NCBI GenBank assembly: GCA_024704765.1
Contig: JAKMXF010000339.1
Coordinates: forward strand, 161,555 to 225,554
Length of the DNA stretch: 64,000 nucleotides
Source: Oopsacas minuta
Lineage: Eukaryota; Animalia; Porifera
Direction of reading: 5' to 3'
Shown here: piece after piece, positions 26,000 through 38,452 of the stretch
How the letters are laid out: each line of letters begins with the position of its first letter
Position numbering within the stretch: the stretch's first letter is position 1
Notes under the pieces: model-generated
What the model was told of the DNA's origin: nothing
Seen by the model: the letters and a program-made list of their open reading frames with translations, nothing else
Database searches by the model: none
Program-made: the position numbers and the translations under genes

Positions 26000-26854
26000 T
26001 CAATACATATTGAGATTACCTCCATAACAAACTACAATAACTCTTCCTCTGTTATCTACTGTAATACCGGTAGGATAATCTATGGGGATCTTGTGTATCA
26101 AATCAAATTGAGAGTTGTATATTGAAATAGAGCCAGATGAAATGATATCAGAAGAATCTGTAATAAGAATATTGTTAGAATTATCAATATAGAAGTAATA
26201 TGGATAAATCAGCTGTAATATATCTCTTCCAGAAATAATACTCTTATGAGGAATATGAGTATAGTTGTATAGATGAAGACAAGGAATAGATCGATCTAGA
26301 ATATAAATGAATTCTTTTGTAAGTTTAACATCAAGAGGGTATTTGAGGTTGTCTTGTCCAAACTGTGTCTTGTAGGTAAGTTCCTTGGACAGTATCTGAA
26401 TACGATTATTATGACAATCACATATGTATACCTCTCCGTTAGCCTCATCAAATGTCAGACCACGAGGATATTGAAATTCCAACTCTCCTTTCCCCAGTTT
26501 CCCTATTCTAGATCTAAACTTTCCATTCACTTGATAATTTAGAATACAATGGTTAGTTTGAGTAACTAGAATTCTATCTCTACATATAGCTAACCCAACT
26601 GGACGATCCATCTTCCCTTCTCCTTCCTCATCTCCAAATTTAAACATAATCTTACAATTACAATCGAATACTTTCACACAATGATTCCCCCAATCTGTTA
26701 CATAGATATCTCCTATAGAATTATCAATAGTTACTCCAATTGGGTTATCAAGATTTTCTAGCCCCCTTCCCCTTTTCCACACACTGACTATAGGTTGTAT
26801 CTTGCTCTTATTGTCTACAGAGAATATTCTCTCTAAAGTATTAGCTGTTGCCAT
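26000..26854 (-). CDS. Short NHL-repeat protein, paralog 5
   Basis: Intact ORF starting MATANTLERIFSVDNKSKIQ, with NHL blades. Confidence 0.88.
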   Translation of the reverse strand: MATANTLERIFSVDNKSKIQPIVSVWKRGRGLENLDNPIGVTIDNSIGDIYVTDWGNHCVKVFDCNCKIMFKFGDEEGEGKMDRPVGLAICRDRILVTQTNHCILNYQVNGKFRSRIGKLGKGELEFQYPRGLTFDEANGEVYICDCHNNRIQILSKELTYKTQFGQDNLKYPLDVKLTKEFIYILDRSIPCLHLYNYTHIPHKSIISGRDILQLIYPYYFYIDNSNNILITDSSDIISSGSISIYNSQFDLIHKIPIDYPTGITVDNRGRVIVVCYGGNLNMY

Positions 26855-27397
26855 TAGTTCAGTTCTGTAAATAGAATAATGAAACAATTCAAATAATATA
26901 ACTTATCTATTTGACTATAAGTAATGAGCTCTAACTCTAAATACAAATCAATACAGAGACCTATACAGAGAGATATCAAATTTATATTATTTAATGAATT
27001 TAAATACAATACAATATATTCCTCTATTCTTATATTAATATTTGATATAGTAGTTCTCACTTGTCTTCCCATGCGATACATAGAGCCACTTAAGTTTTGA
27101 AATGTGAATTTCCTTGATTCTCATTAATGCAGGATACTCTATGAGAATTTCTTTAGGATTTCTCACATGGGAATCGTTCCTATTTCCCACAAGATATCCA
27201 TAAACTTCCTTCTCATTCCCAAGTCAATCCGAGGGACGTCTACACGGGGGGCATGGTGGGCTATACCACCCCCTGGCAAGATCCCGTGCTCCATGTCATC
27301 CCTTGGCTCAATACGCAAAGTGGAAAATTTCGCATCCCTTTGCTTGCATAACAGTTAGAAGTGCCAACTCATGGGAATATACAAATGTAACAGAAGG

Positions 27398-28093
27398 TCA
27401 ATTATCAATATTTGAAATATAACTAATATCTAATTCTGTAATCTTGTTACGAATAACTGGAGTAGTTTCTGGAGAGTTAGAAGTGGGGTTAAAGTGATGG
27501 AGGAAGTTATACGTCTGCGTAGGCCTCCCATTCCTGTTTTTTCTTCCTTGATCTGGTGTCACTGTAGGTCGAGGGTGCGGTTCGACAAAACGATATAATA
27601 CGATGCTGCATTAGGGAGATTAGAACCCTTAACTTCGAGAAGTCGGGGACTTGGATCGCAACAGGAGTGCCATTGATGTATTGGTACTACTACGTGAATT
27701 CATCAAATATATGAACACGTTCGAACGAGTACCCTTCCAAACGGTGCTCTCTAGGATGTTTCTTGTGGAGGGATTGCCGAATCCACGCAGAGTTGTAGCA
27801 GTTCTTCCAAGTCATGTTGGGCCACACATATACAACCCTTGTGCTTGGGCTGCATGGCTTTGAGTTTGAATATATGAACTCGTGCTCTTCGAGCTGCTCC
27901 CAGATTAGATCAAATGAGAATGCTCGGTCGACAAGTCGCTGGTATATATTACACTTTCTTTGGAGTTTGGACGATGGGGGAGATCCTCTTGGGATTTGGT
28001 AACTCGTGGGGGATTTCCCCACTGGTCATACGACGAGCCCATTTGAGTATAGTCAATGGCTGCATCGATATGACATGGGAGACAGGTTCCTGC
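27398..28093 (-). pseudogene. rep: Endogenous CRESS Rep relic, copy 2
   Basis: Minus strand reads CHIDAAIDYTQMGSSYDQWGNPP, GPT*LGRT, EGYSFERVHIFDEF, CDPSPRLLEVKG and YIVLSN...LRRRITSS. Confidence 0.85.
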
Positions 28094-28217
28094 ACACACT
28101 CAAAGAGTATCATAAGACAGTTATAGCCGAGCTGATGAATATTTGTTAGTAAAGAAAAATATACAACCAGACATACTGTGTCGAGAGAATCATACTATTT
28201 CGGACAGGGTTTATTTC

Positions 28218-28270
28218 AATAGGCAGAAACTAGCATCAAGCATAAAACTTCATACTAGTTTCTTCATATT
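28218..28270. other. Degenerate copy of the Rep-upstream hairpin
   Basis: aataggcagaaactagcatcaag-cataaaa-cttcatactagtttcttcatatt. Confidence 0.55.
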
Positions 28271-28619
28271 GGAATTATTTAACATCGCACTGGAAGTGTA
28301 GCAATTTAGCATATACGGGACCATTATAACAATGGTGCAATTGGGCATTGCCAAACTGTCTCTCAATGATTATTGGCCCTTACACCAACAGTCATGTGAA
28401 ATTCCATAAGATATTATTTCATTATTTTCAACTTACTCAGGGATGTAGAAAAGAGTAGTAAAAGGACCTAGAATTCAATACTGAGGCTTTTAGACGATTA
28501 TTTAATATAGAATCGTTTGGCAAGAATGGATTGCTGAGTCGACTGTTTATAATGTACTGAAAGTATTTTTGTCTACTTTCTCTTTGTCTAATTGCAAAAT
28601 TCCTATTACCTATTTCTGT

Positions 28620-30530
28620 TAGATTTCCTTTGATCAATCTCCTCCTACAAAGCACCTTCGAATAACTCTAGATAATTCACAATCTGAAGAAGATTATATT
28701 ATTGAAATAAGCCCTCACAGCACTGAGATTGGGCCTGCAATTAATACGATAGCCTCTTCTAGCAGTGATTTTGGCGAGATTAGAATTCCAGATATTTGGT
28801 CTCCTGATATGTGGAAAAGTACACAAAAGGATTACCCATAGTTATTTGCAAAGATGGGACCCTGGGGTTTTGAACAAGCCAGAAAGTGTCCTGTCTATCC
28901 TTGCATAAGAGAAGAGGTGTTTATATCACTACCGAATTGTCTAAAGGTCTTGTTAACTATTGTGGTGTTACAAAGGAATCAAGATTGAAATCATCATGTA
29001 AGAAAATAGTTCGACACAAAACTTCGCACGCACACACTATTTCAGAAGAAAGTATTCTAAATGTAGAAAAGTCCAGTACTGAAACGCATATAAATGATTT
29101 GAAGCATTTACAATTTTGAGGACACTAAACGAATTATTCAAACAGCTTGCTATCTTGCTAAGAATAATTGATCGTATACAGATTATCCTGATTTAGTTGA
29201 GCTACAACAGTTGAATGCACTGATCTTGGGGTAGATCTTCATTCCCGCTATTCTGCAACAGAAATCATTGATCACATAAAGTTCAAATGAGACTTAAGAT
29301 TTGTTCCCGTATGCAGGAAATTGAAGGGAAAATATTGTTACTTATTGATGAATCAACTACCATATCAAATATTTCTACACTAGTAGTCTATCTAAAGTGC
29401 GAAATTCGAAGCTAGAAAGTCCGAAATTCATGATTTTGGATCTCGTTGAACTAGCCAAGCAGGATGCCTCAACTATCCTGGGTATTCTACCGAATTGTAT
29501 GGAAAGTTACGGAGTTAATAATATAGATTATCTCAGCCAACGTTTATTAGGATTTACTTCTGCTGGTGCGAGCGTTTGCTATAAATTATCCAAATATCAT
29601 TCTCTGGCACTGCTTAAACCATCATCTAGAGTTATCTGACATAATTTAGAGACTAATTATATCAAATCACTCCAGACTAGACTTAAGAAAGACTTAGTTG
29701 CGTAAGGGAAATTATGTAAATACTTAGTTTGTACTTATTTTCCTTTGTGAATACTAACTTAACTTTTGCTGTCTAATGTAGCAAATACTTAACTAAAACT
29801 AACGCGAATATAAAGTATATAATTTATCAAAAAACTTGAATGTGACTTAACTCAACATATTGTTATTATAAGAGTGTACTTTCCTAGTTTAGATGTTTTA
29901 TCATATTTAAGATTCCTTCTTGTCTTGTAATTCACTTTTATTACGTAAATTTGACTGCTGAAGTGTGTAATGATTTTACTCGCTGTGCTAATTCCTGATT
30001 AACTCAATACATGATTTAATTAGTTTGCAATATACAGTTACACCATTGTGGTATCAATGACAGCTCTGTAATTAGTATAGCAAAATATATTTAAGGAAGA
30101 TCATAGATAACTCTTCTTAGAAGACTTATTACCTAACAAGTTCTACAAACGGAGAATTCCTATCATTAATCACGACACAATAGCTACTACAAAGACTCGA
30201 GCAAACAACTTTTCAGCTTATACTTAACTAATACTTAGTTTTTCATTAGTTTTCTGTCCAATTAAGTATATACTAAGTATTGGTTAAGTATATGTGCATT
30301 GATGAAAACTTGGCAAAAATAACTTTGTACTTAGTTTCGAGTTAAGTTTAAGTTTTAGCTTAAGGTACGTAGTTTAGTGAATAAGGCCCTAGGGTCTAAT
30401 ATATGATACTCTCTATGAGTTATCAGCTCTCTCTGAATTACTACAACATCGTGCCATTACAATTATATATGCTGATAAATGATTCGCAGAACAATTCGAT
30501 GTCTAGAAAACTTGATCGAGAATGGAGGGA
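28620..30530 (+). mobile_element. Decayed KIAA1586-like hAT remnant (third copy), interrupted at ~29670-30390 by a MITE-like insert
   Basis: ORFs 28886-29119 and 29397-29639 match the 20-21 kb and 50 kb copies. Homology resumes at ~30390 after ...gtttagtgaataaggccct. Confidence 0.7.
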
Positions 30531-31399
30531 CTAGTTAGTGGAAAGAATATTCCGCGACAGATCTAATTCGCACAAACATATATTGTAACGATTAAATATC
30601 AGAATGTCAAAGCATGGATTATTCTGTATTCTAATATAAACTATCAGTTTGAAATTTCATGTAATTTTTGTACATGATTGAAAAGGACTATATTCGGGAA
30701 ACTACCAAAGCATTCGATTATAAATAAGATTAAATCGATAGTATAAATGAATTTTGAAAAATTGAAAATATTTCAAGATGCCTTTAACTTAAAATGTCCG
30801 TAAATTACAAATGTCCATACATTTGGCAATGTATGGACATTTGTAATTTATCACGAAGTATTTGTGTTATTTTTGCGGACAACGATTTTGTCTGTTTACA
30901 ATCTTTCAAAATCCCATATACGCTATTGCTTTTAGCATTATTTTTCGTACAGTCGGCGCTGCCTGATGGTCGGGGCAGGTAGTGCCTGTGCCCCACTTGA
31001 TTATGAGTGTGCCCTACCTTTGAATATAAGTATGCCCCATTTGAACCACCTGTGACGTAATTATGCCCTACCAGTAGCAGCTGGCTAGCGCGACTCTGCG
31101 CACAGTATTACATAACATTGCTCTAATTGTATATTCATGTTTTTCTTACAACAAAACAGTCCGATAGTCTTCTCCGTTTCTTTCTTTATACAATTCATTA
31201 TAATACTTTACTGTCCTCAATTTATGTTCCTAATTATAGTTGCTCTGTTCTCTTTTTGATTTATCTAAAAACATATTTTTCGCCATTTCTAAGTTACCTA
31301 CACCAGACATACCCGGAACACTTTCCTTTCAACCTCTATAGCAATATCGAACTGCGGATCCAAAGGTAGGCAAACATTATATTATCATATCATAATATT

Positions 31400-31832
31400 G
31401 CCCATTCGTATCTACGTATTAGTGATATTAGAACACAATTGCTGGCGTGAATTACGGCGTTGTCCGCGGTTTAAAACATAGCAAAGTTAGTAGCGCTCAG
31501 ATCAAGGATGGTCATTTAAACATTGTGGTGTATAAACACAAAACAGGGAACTTCAATACTGCCATTGTTTTCACAGAAAAATTTGCGGCTAAAGCATTCA
31601 AAATTATCTTGAAAATATATTGCCATTGGTAGATACAGCTGATGTCAATGATCAGTTTTGTATATTTGAAACAGGGAAATCAATAACACACATGGCAATA
31701 CCAAATAGTATAGATAAATTATTACAAATGGCTGAGTTGAAAAAGAAAATAACTACTACTAAGTCTCGTATCACAGCGTCCACCTATATTGCCAGTTCAC
31801 ACCCACGAGAATCCCAAGTCGTTGCTGATTAA
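31400..31832 (+). mobile_element. Tyrosine-recombinase fragment (Crypton-like)
   Basis: GVVRGL....V..AQ....LNIVVYKHKTG...frameshift...FCIFETGK...KKITTTKSRITAST......SQVVAD*. This resembles the K and HxxR regions of eukaryotic YR domains; the catalytic Tyr end is missing. Confidence 0.5.
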
Positions 31833-32509
31833 TATCCGCATTTGACGTGATAAGCAAAATCAATAACAATAAATTCACTAATTACTCATAGATTAAATAT
31901 AACAAGAGGGAGAGTACCAAAAGTATCGTCACAAGAAGCAAAAGAAATTCAAGAAATGTTCCAAATCTAGATTATGTATACAGAATGATAGTACAATATT
32001 TGTGTATGTGGTGTGTGTGATAATTATAGTTGTATGTTAATAAATACAAAAGAACAATTCATATAAATATTTGATCATTATCATCAGAGTATTTAGCGAA
32101 TTTTACATTCGAAAAATAACTAAATGTGCAACGTGAATACATTTCAATAAAATGTGAAGTATTATATGTGTCTCAATATCCAATTTTGTAGCAAAAATAC
32201 AGAATTTCATCCAGAATAACTGAAAATTGGTGATTTTTGGACATTTTGAATTTATGAATATTTCCCTAAATTCCAAATGTCCACAGATTCCAAATAGGCT
32301 CAAATTTTCTAATAGACTTTCTATTGATTCCAATTTTGCCATTTACTATTAGTTTACTATTTATATTCATATAATTATATAAATTTGATATCTCTCTGTA
32401 TAGGTCTCTGTATTGATTTGTATTTATAGTTAGAGCTCATTACTTATAGTCAAATAGTTAAGTTATATTATTCGAATTATTTCATTATTGTATTTACAGA
32501 ACTGAACTA

Positions 32510-33373
32510 ATGGCTACAGCTAATACTTTAGAGAGAATATTCTCTGTAGACTATAAGAGCAAGATACAACCTATAGTCAGTGTTTGTAAAAGGGAAAAGG
32601 ACTTAGAATATATTGATGGACCAGAGGGAGCAACTATTGATAATTCTACTGGAGATATCTATGAAGCAGATTGTTGGAATAATTGTGTGAAAGTATTCGA
32701 TTGTAATGGTAAGATTATGTTAAAATTTGGAGATGAGGATGGAGAAGGAAAGATGAATGGTCCAATTGTGTTAGCTATATGTAGAGATAGAATTCTAATT
32801 TCACAGATTAGCCACTGTATTCTTAATTATCAAGTGATTGGAGAGTTTCTTTCTAGAATAGGAGAACCTGGGAAAGGCGAATTGGAATTTGATTATCCTC
32901 TTGGTTTGACATTTGATGAATATAACGGAGAGGTATACCTATGTGATTCTAATAATGATCGTATTCAGATACTGTCGAAAGAACTTACCTACAAGGCACA
33001 GTTTGGAAAAGATTACCTCATATCTCCTCGTGATGTTATACTTACAAAAGAATTCATTTATATTCTAGATGAATCCAATCCTTGTCTTCATCTATACAAC
33101 TACAATCTTGTTCTACAAATGAGTGTTATTTCTAGAGGAGATGAATTACAGCTGCTGGATCCATATTTTTTCTATATCGACAATTTTGACAATATTCTTT
33201 TTAGCGATTATTCATATATCTCTTCTTCTGGCTCAATTTCTATATTCAACTCTCAATTTGATTTGATATACAAGATATCTATAGATTATCCTAATGGTAT
33301 TACAGTTGATAACAGAGGAAGAGTTATTGTAGTTTGTGAAGGAAGTGGACTACCTCGTCTCAGTATACTTTGA
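32510..33373 (+). CDS. Short NHL-repeat protein, paralog 6
   Basis: Intact 287-aa ORF. Confidence 0.88.
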   Translation: MATANTLERIFSVDYKSKIQPIVSVCKREKDLEYIDGPEGATIDNSTGDIYEADCWNNCVKVFDCNGKIMLKFGDEDGEGKMNGPIVLAICRDRILISQISHCILNYQVIGEFLSRIGEPGKGELEFDYPLGLTFDEYNGEVYLCDSNNDRIQILSKELTYKAQFGKDYLISPRDVILTKEFIYILDESNPCLHLYNYNLVLQMSVISRGDELQLLDPYFFYIDNFDNILFSDYSYISSSGSISIFNSQFDLIYKISIDYPNGITVDNRGRVIVVCEGSGLPRLSIL

Positions 33374-33926
33374 TAATTATTCGATTTTACAGTATACTTA
33401 CACTTGTTTATGTTTCCTTTCTAGAATAACTCATTTGTTACACTTCATTAAAGCTAAACTATTTCCTATAACACTTGGTGAAAAGTTGGCTCCCATGCCC
33501 GTATTATGTATACAGCGGTTGCCATCAATTTATCTCAAGTTTGACTCTTCTAATGTACTATTTTCGTAACATTCTCATGAGTTTTTTTCAAACGCACGAC
33601 TGAAGATGCTTTAAGGATTAACAATGTAATATTGATCTAATATTCCCGTAATTATCACATTGTAATACTTATCTTATTGTGAACTTAGTACAAGTTTAGC
33701 AGCCCAGAATATACCCAATAATTTCACAAACCCATTTTTATCCTAGGTTGAAAGTCTGAGATGATTAGTACTGATGTTAGAGATGACCATCATAATGTTT
33801 TTCCATTTGTTCATTCTTAGAGCAAAATTTATGCAACAACAAGTACATTCTTCAGAACTATTTCTCCATTCATGACTTGCACGTATTCTGATTTACTATT
33901 TAAAATTTTAATAGTCCTCTCAATCT

Positions 33927-34352
33927 GAAGAAAATTGACTGTATTAATGTTAATAATAGATGCATTCGGTATTAGAGTTGTTAGATTGAATTATAAATTC
34001 CTCCTTACACATTCTGCCTATAGTCATCTCGTCCCTCTATTCTAGACGTCGAATTGTCCTGCAAATCGTTTTATCACATAAATAAGTGTAGTGGTACGAT
34101 GTTGTAATTCAGAAAGAGCTGATAACTAATAGAGAGTATCATACATTAGAACCCAGATCGACAAGAAATCCAGGTGTTCGAATTATTTGCAACATTCCAT
34201 TTAGTATCGCTCTTTCAGTAGAACTTCTCTCAGGATCTTAAGATGCAACATCGAAATGTTTACATTGAGATTGGTAATTGGACCAGACAGCTTTTACTGT
34301 CCGGAAAGAACTGGCCACCCACCTTGTATCAAGCATTCGTACAATTTTTGTG
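33927..34352 (-). mobile_element. Fragment of the KIAA1586-like hAT remnant (deleted copy of ~19580-20010)
   Basis: gaaaattgactgtattaatg...caagcattcg.acaatttttgtg matches 19583-20012, then jumps to the Rep relic. Confidence 0.75.
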
Positions 34353-34879
34353 AAGGAGCATCCCCTTTTAGTCTCATCTCGGGGCAGCCCGAAGAATACG
34401 AGTTCATACATTCAAACTCAAAGCCATGCATCCCAATTCCAAGTGTTGTATATGTGTGGCTCCACATGGCTTGGAAAAACTACTACAACTTTGCGCGGAT
34501 TCGGACAATCCTTCTACCAGAAACCTCCTGGAGACCGCTGTTTTGAAGGGTACTCGTTCGAACGAGTTCTTATAAGTGATGAGTTCATTGAGCAATACTA
34601 ATGGAACGCCTGTTGTGATCCAAGTCCCCCACTTCTCGAAGCTAAGGGTACTAATCTCCCAAATGCAGTATCGCACTTCATCGTTTTGTCAAACTGCTCC
34701 CTCGACGTACATGACACCAGATCGAGGAAGAAAAACCACTGGAATGGGAGGCATACTGCAGACGTATAACTTCCTCCCATCACTTGAACCCCACTTCTAA
34801 CTCTCCAGAAGCTACTACAGTTATTCGTAGCAAGATTACTGAATTAGTTATTAGTATTATTTCTAATATTGGTAATTGA
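34353..34879 (+). pseudogene. rep: Endogenous CRESS Rep relic, copy 3 (helicase half, best-preserved frame)
   Basis: One frame from Walker A to motif C with a single TAA (34599-34601): VLYMCGSTWLGKT...FYQKPPGDRCFEGYSFERVLISDEFIEQY*WNACCDPSPPLLEAKGTNLPNAVSHFIVLSN. Confidence 0.88.
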
Positions 34880-35333
34880 CCTTTAGTTACATTTGTATAT
34901 TCCCATGAGTTGACATTTCTAATTATTATGCGAGCAAAGGGAGGCGAAATTTTACTGTTTGCATATTGAGCTAAGGGATGACCTGGGACACGAGATCTTG
35001 CCAGGGGGTGGTATAGCCCACCATGCCCCCCCGTGGAGAAGTCCTTCTGGTGACTTAGGAATGAGAAGGAATCTTAAGGATGACTTGTGTGAAATAGGAA
35101 CGATTCCCATGTGAGAAATCCCACGTGGGAATCCCAAAGAAATTCACATAGAGTATTCTGCGTTAATGAGAATCCAAAAGCAATTCACATTTCAAGCCTT
35201 AAGTGGCTCTATGTATCGCATGGGAGAACAAGTTAGGACTACCATATCGAATATTCATATAAGAATAGAGGAATATACAGTATTCAATTTAAATATATTA
35301 ATTATAGAAATTTGATATCTCTCTGTATAGGTC

Positions 35334-37500
35334 TGTTGCGTGAGATTTTAACTCATTAATATTATTGGACCAGGGACGGTCTTTCATCGATAGATTTAAC
35401 TCATCTATATTCAACGAGTGTGAATTTGCAGGATATTCGACCAGGATCATTTCAATCACTAATTTGTCCTACTTGTACTCATCAGATTTACCCGAAATTA
35501 ATATCATTCAGTAGAGGAGTGTTGGACGTTTTATAAAATATAATTTTCTTAAATATTTCTAACTTTTATCTATTTATTGTTGTCATGACGAGTAGGGTCG
35601 CTTCTCTATTAAAAATGACGACCTAAAAGTGAGAATTCAAATCTGAAATTTTGTGTCTATATTTGTGAGCCATGAACGTTTATGGAAAAATATTTTCATC
35701 CAAAGGTACCTGAAACTCAAGATAGAAGTATTCAAAGTAGAACTCAGAGTTATATTGGAGGGGGTGAGTATCATTTTACAAAATGTACTATCAGTTCAAA
35801 TTGATATCTGATATCCCGAATCAAACTCAAATTATTATATTTTGACGACAATCGATAGCTGAGACATAGCTGAGACGTGGATGTATACCATTATGTCGTT
35901 ATAATCATGAAATTCTTTCCCTGCCAACGTATTAGCAGATAAGATGTAGAATTATTTTTGATCTCACTTTGGCAATGTATTTGATGCCCAGGAACAGAAA
36001 GGGGAATATTTGGTAACATATCTTTGTTAATACTTAGATTAGAACATCCTATAGAATTCAGATGGCTCTGTGCGTATTTGTAACAAAACTACTAAATACA
36101 ATTTTATTTTATTTTTTGATGGATTAATATAACTTAATTTGCTCTTTTTCCTTTTGGACCACTCCTCCCTACAAATCTTCCTCATTCTCCACAACAATTT
36201 TTCGGATTTTTGTTTAAATGCTTCACGTGCTAATGTTATAAAAGCAAATTTGAATGTAATAATTCTGTCATCGATATTAACGTATTTCGACCTTTTCGTA
36301 ATTCAAAATATTATGTTTTACTATCCTAAACCAATTCTACACTAGCGTTACTATCTCTTACAGTATTGTCTTTGTCACTACATACTCTAAATAAAATATT
36401 TCAGAAATAATGAAGTATGATTCAATAAAGATAAGGTAAATATATGATTATTTGTCAATTTTGTATACTTCATTGAGATGGATAAAAATAGAAAATGTAA
36501 ATCATAACTTCAGTATTTTGCAGTTTCATTATTCGCTTGTTGTAGCAACATTAGAATGGGGACCAAGAGAAGAGTTATGACATGTGTTACTTCATGCATA
36601 ATAACAGTCATGCTCGATAGTCTTATGAAATAATCTAGTAATGTCTAGACAATGTGAATAATGATGAGGCTAGCGGAAAACATATTTTCATAAAATATTA
36701 TTTTTGTAATATTCATTAGAAAAGTACTAGTGACCCCTGTTTATTTTAAAGAAAATAAATGATATAATATAAAAGAAGGAGCTTGTGAAGTTTCAGGCGA
36801 TTCTGGGTTAGAACTATTTTTGAAATTTGAGTCTAAACTGAAAATTCGAAAATACACAAAAAACGACAATTATGTCATTTTTAGAACCCCATTGTGACTA
36901 TCTTTCAGAATTTCATGATTATAACGACATAATGGTATACATCCCCGTCTCAGCTATGTCTCAGCTATGTCTCAGCTATCGATTGTCATCAAAATATAAT
37001 AATTTGAGTTTGATTCGGGATATCAGATATCAATTTGAACTGATAGTACATTTTGTAAAATGATACTCACCCCCTCCAATATAACTCTGAGTTCTACTTT
37101 GAATACTTCTATCTTGAGTTTCAGGTACCTTTGGATGAAAATATTTTTTCATAAACGTTCATGGCTCACAAATATAGACACAAAATTTCAGATTTGAATT
37201 CTCACTTTTAGGTCGTCATTTTTAATAGAGAAGCGACCCTACTCGTCATGACAACAATAAATAGATAAAAGTTAGAAATATTTAAGAAAATTATATTTTA
37301 TAAAACGTCCAACACTCCTCTACTGAATGATATTAATTTCGGGTAAATCTGATGAGTACAAGTAGGACAAATTAGTGATTGAAATGATCCTGGTCGAATA
37401 TCCTGCAAATTCACACTCGTTGAATATAGATGAGTTAAACCTATCGATGAAAGACCGTCCCTGGTCCAATAATATTAATGAGTTAAAATCTCACGTAACA
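35334..37500. mobile_element. Non-autonomous long-TIR (foldback-like) element, 2167 bp, TGTT...AACA termini, no TSD
   Basis: TIRs are 35334-35916 and 36907-37500 (near-identical; the right one has one extra 11-bp gtctcagctat unit). It is inserted between ggtc|tctgtattg of the NHL leader. The ~1-kb core has no credible ORF. Confidence 0.9.
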
Positions 37501-37603
37501 TCTGTATTGATTTGTATTTATAGTTAGAGCTCATTACTTATAGTCAAATAGATAAGTTATATTATTTGAATTGTTTCATTATTCTATTTACAGAACTGAA
37601 CTA

Positions 37604-38452
37604 ATGGCTACAGCTAATACTTTAGAGAGAATATTCTCTGTAGACTATAAGAGCAAGATACAACCTATAGTCAGTGTTTGTATGTCTGGAAAGAGGCTAG
37701 AAAATCTTAATAGACCACAAGGAGCGACTATTGATAATTCCACAGAAGACATCTATGTAGCAGATTGTCGGAATGATTGTGTGAAAGTATTCGATTGTAA
37801 TGGTCAGATTATGTTTAAATTTGGAGATGAGGAAGGAGAAGGAAAGATGAATAGTCCAGATGGGTTAGCTATATGTAGAGATAGAATTCTTATTTCACAA
37901 GCTAACGACTGTATTCTGAATTATCAACTGAATGGGAAGTTTATTTCTAGAATAGGGAAACCTGGGAAAGGAGAATTGGAATTTACTGATCCTCTTGGGC
38001 TGACATTCGATGAATCTAACGGAGAGGTATACATATGTGATTTTACTAATAATCGTATTCAGATACTGTCCAAAGAACTTACCTACAGGACACAGTTTGG
38101 ACAAGATCACCTCAACTGCCCTCTTGATGTTAAACTTACAAAAGAATTCATTTATATTCTTGATCGATCTAATCCTTGTCTTCATCTCTACGACTATAAT
38201 CTTATTGTATATAAGAGTATTATTTCTAGAGGAGATGGATTAGAGCAGAAAAATCCCGATTTCTTCTGTATTGACAATTCTAACAATATTCTTGTTACAG
38301 ATTTTACTTCTCGCTATATTTTTATTTTCAACTCTCAATTTTATTTAATCCACAAGATATTTATAGATTATTCTACCGGTATTGCAGTAGATAACAGAGG
38401 AAGAGTTATTATAGTTTGTGATGGAGGTGAACACTGCCTCAATATATTTTGA
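37604..38452 (+). CDS. Short NHL-repeat protein, paralog 7 (leader interrupted by the long-TIR element)
   Basis: Intact ORF. Confidence 0.85.
   Translation: MATANTLERIFSVDYKSKIQPIVSVCMSGKRLENLNRPQGATIDNSTEDIYVADCRNDCVKVFDCNGQIMFKFGDEEGEGKMNSPDGLAICRDRILISQANDCILNYQLNGKFISRIGKPGKGELEFTDPLGLTFDESNGEVYICDFTNNRIQILSKELTYRTQFGQDHLNCPLDVKLTKEFIYILDRSNPCLHLYDYNLIVYKSIISRGDGLEQKNPDFFCIDNSNNILVTDFTSRYIFIFNSQFYLIHKIFIDYSTGIAVDNRGRVIIVCDGGEHCLNIF

Larger units (their letters stand above)
18203..27100. repeat. Left arm of a ~9-kb inverted segmental duplication
   Basis: ORF pairs mirror each other: 18213-18431/52345-52563, 21266-21514/49258-49506, 22848-23726/47046-47924 (coordinate sums ~70772-70776) and 26000-26887/43458-44345 (sum 70345). 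Confidence 0.9.
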
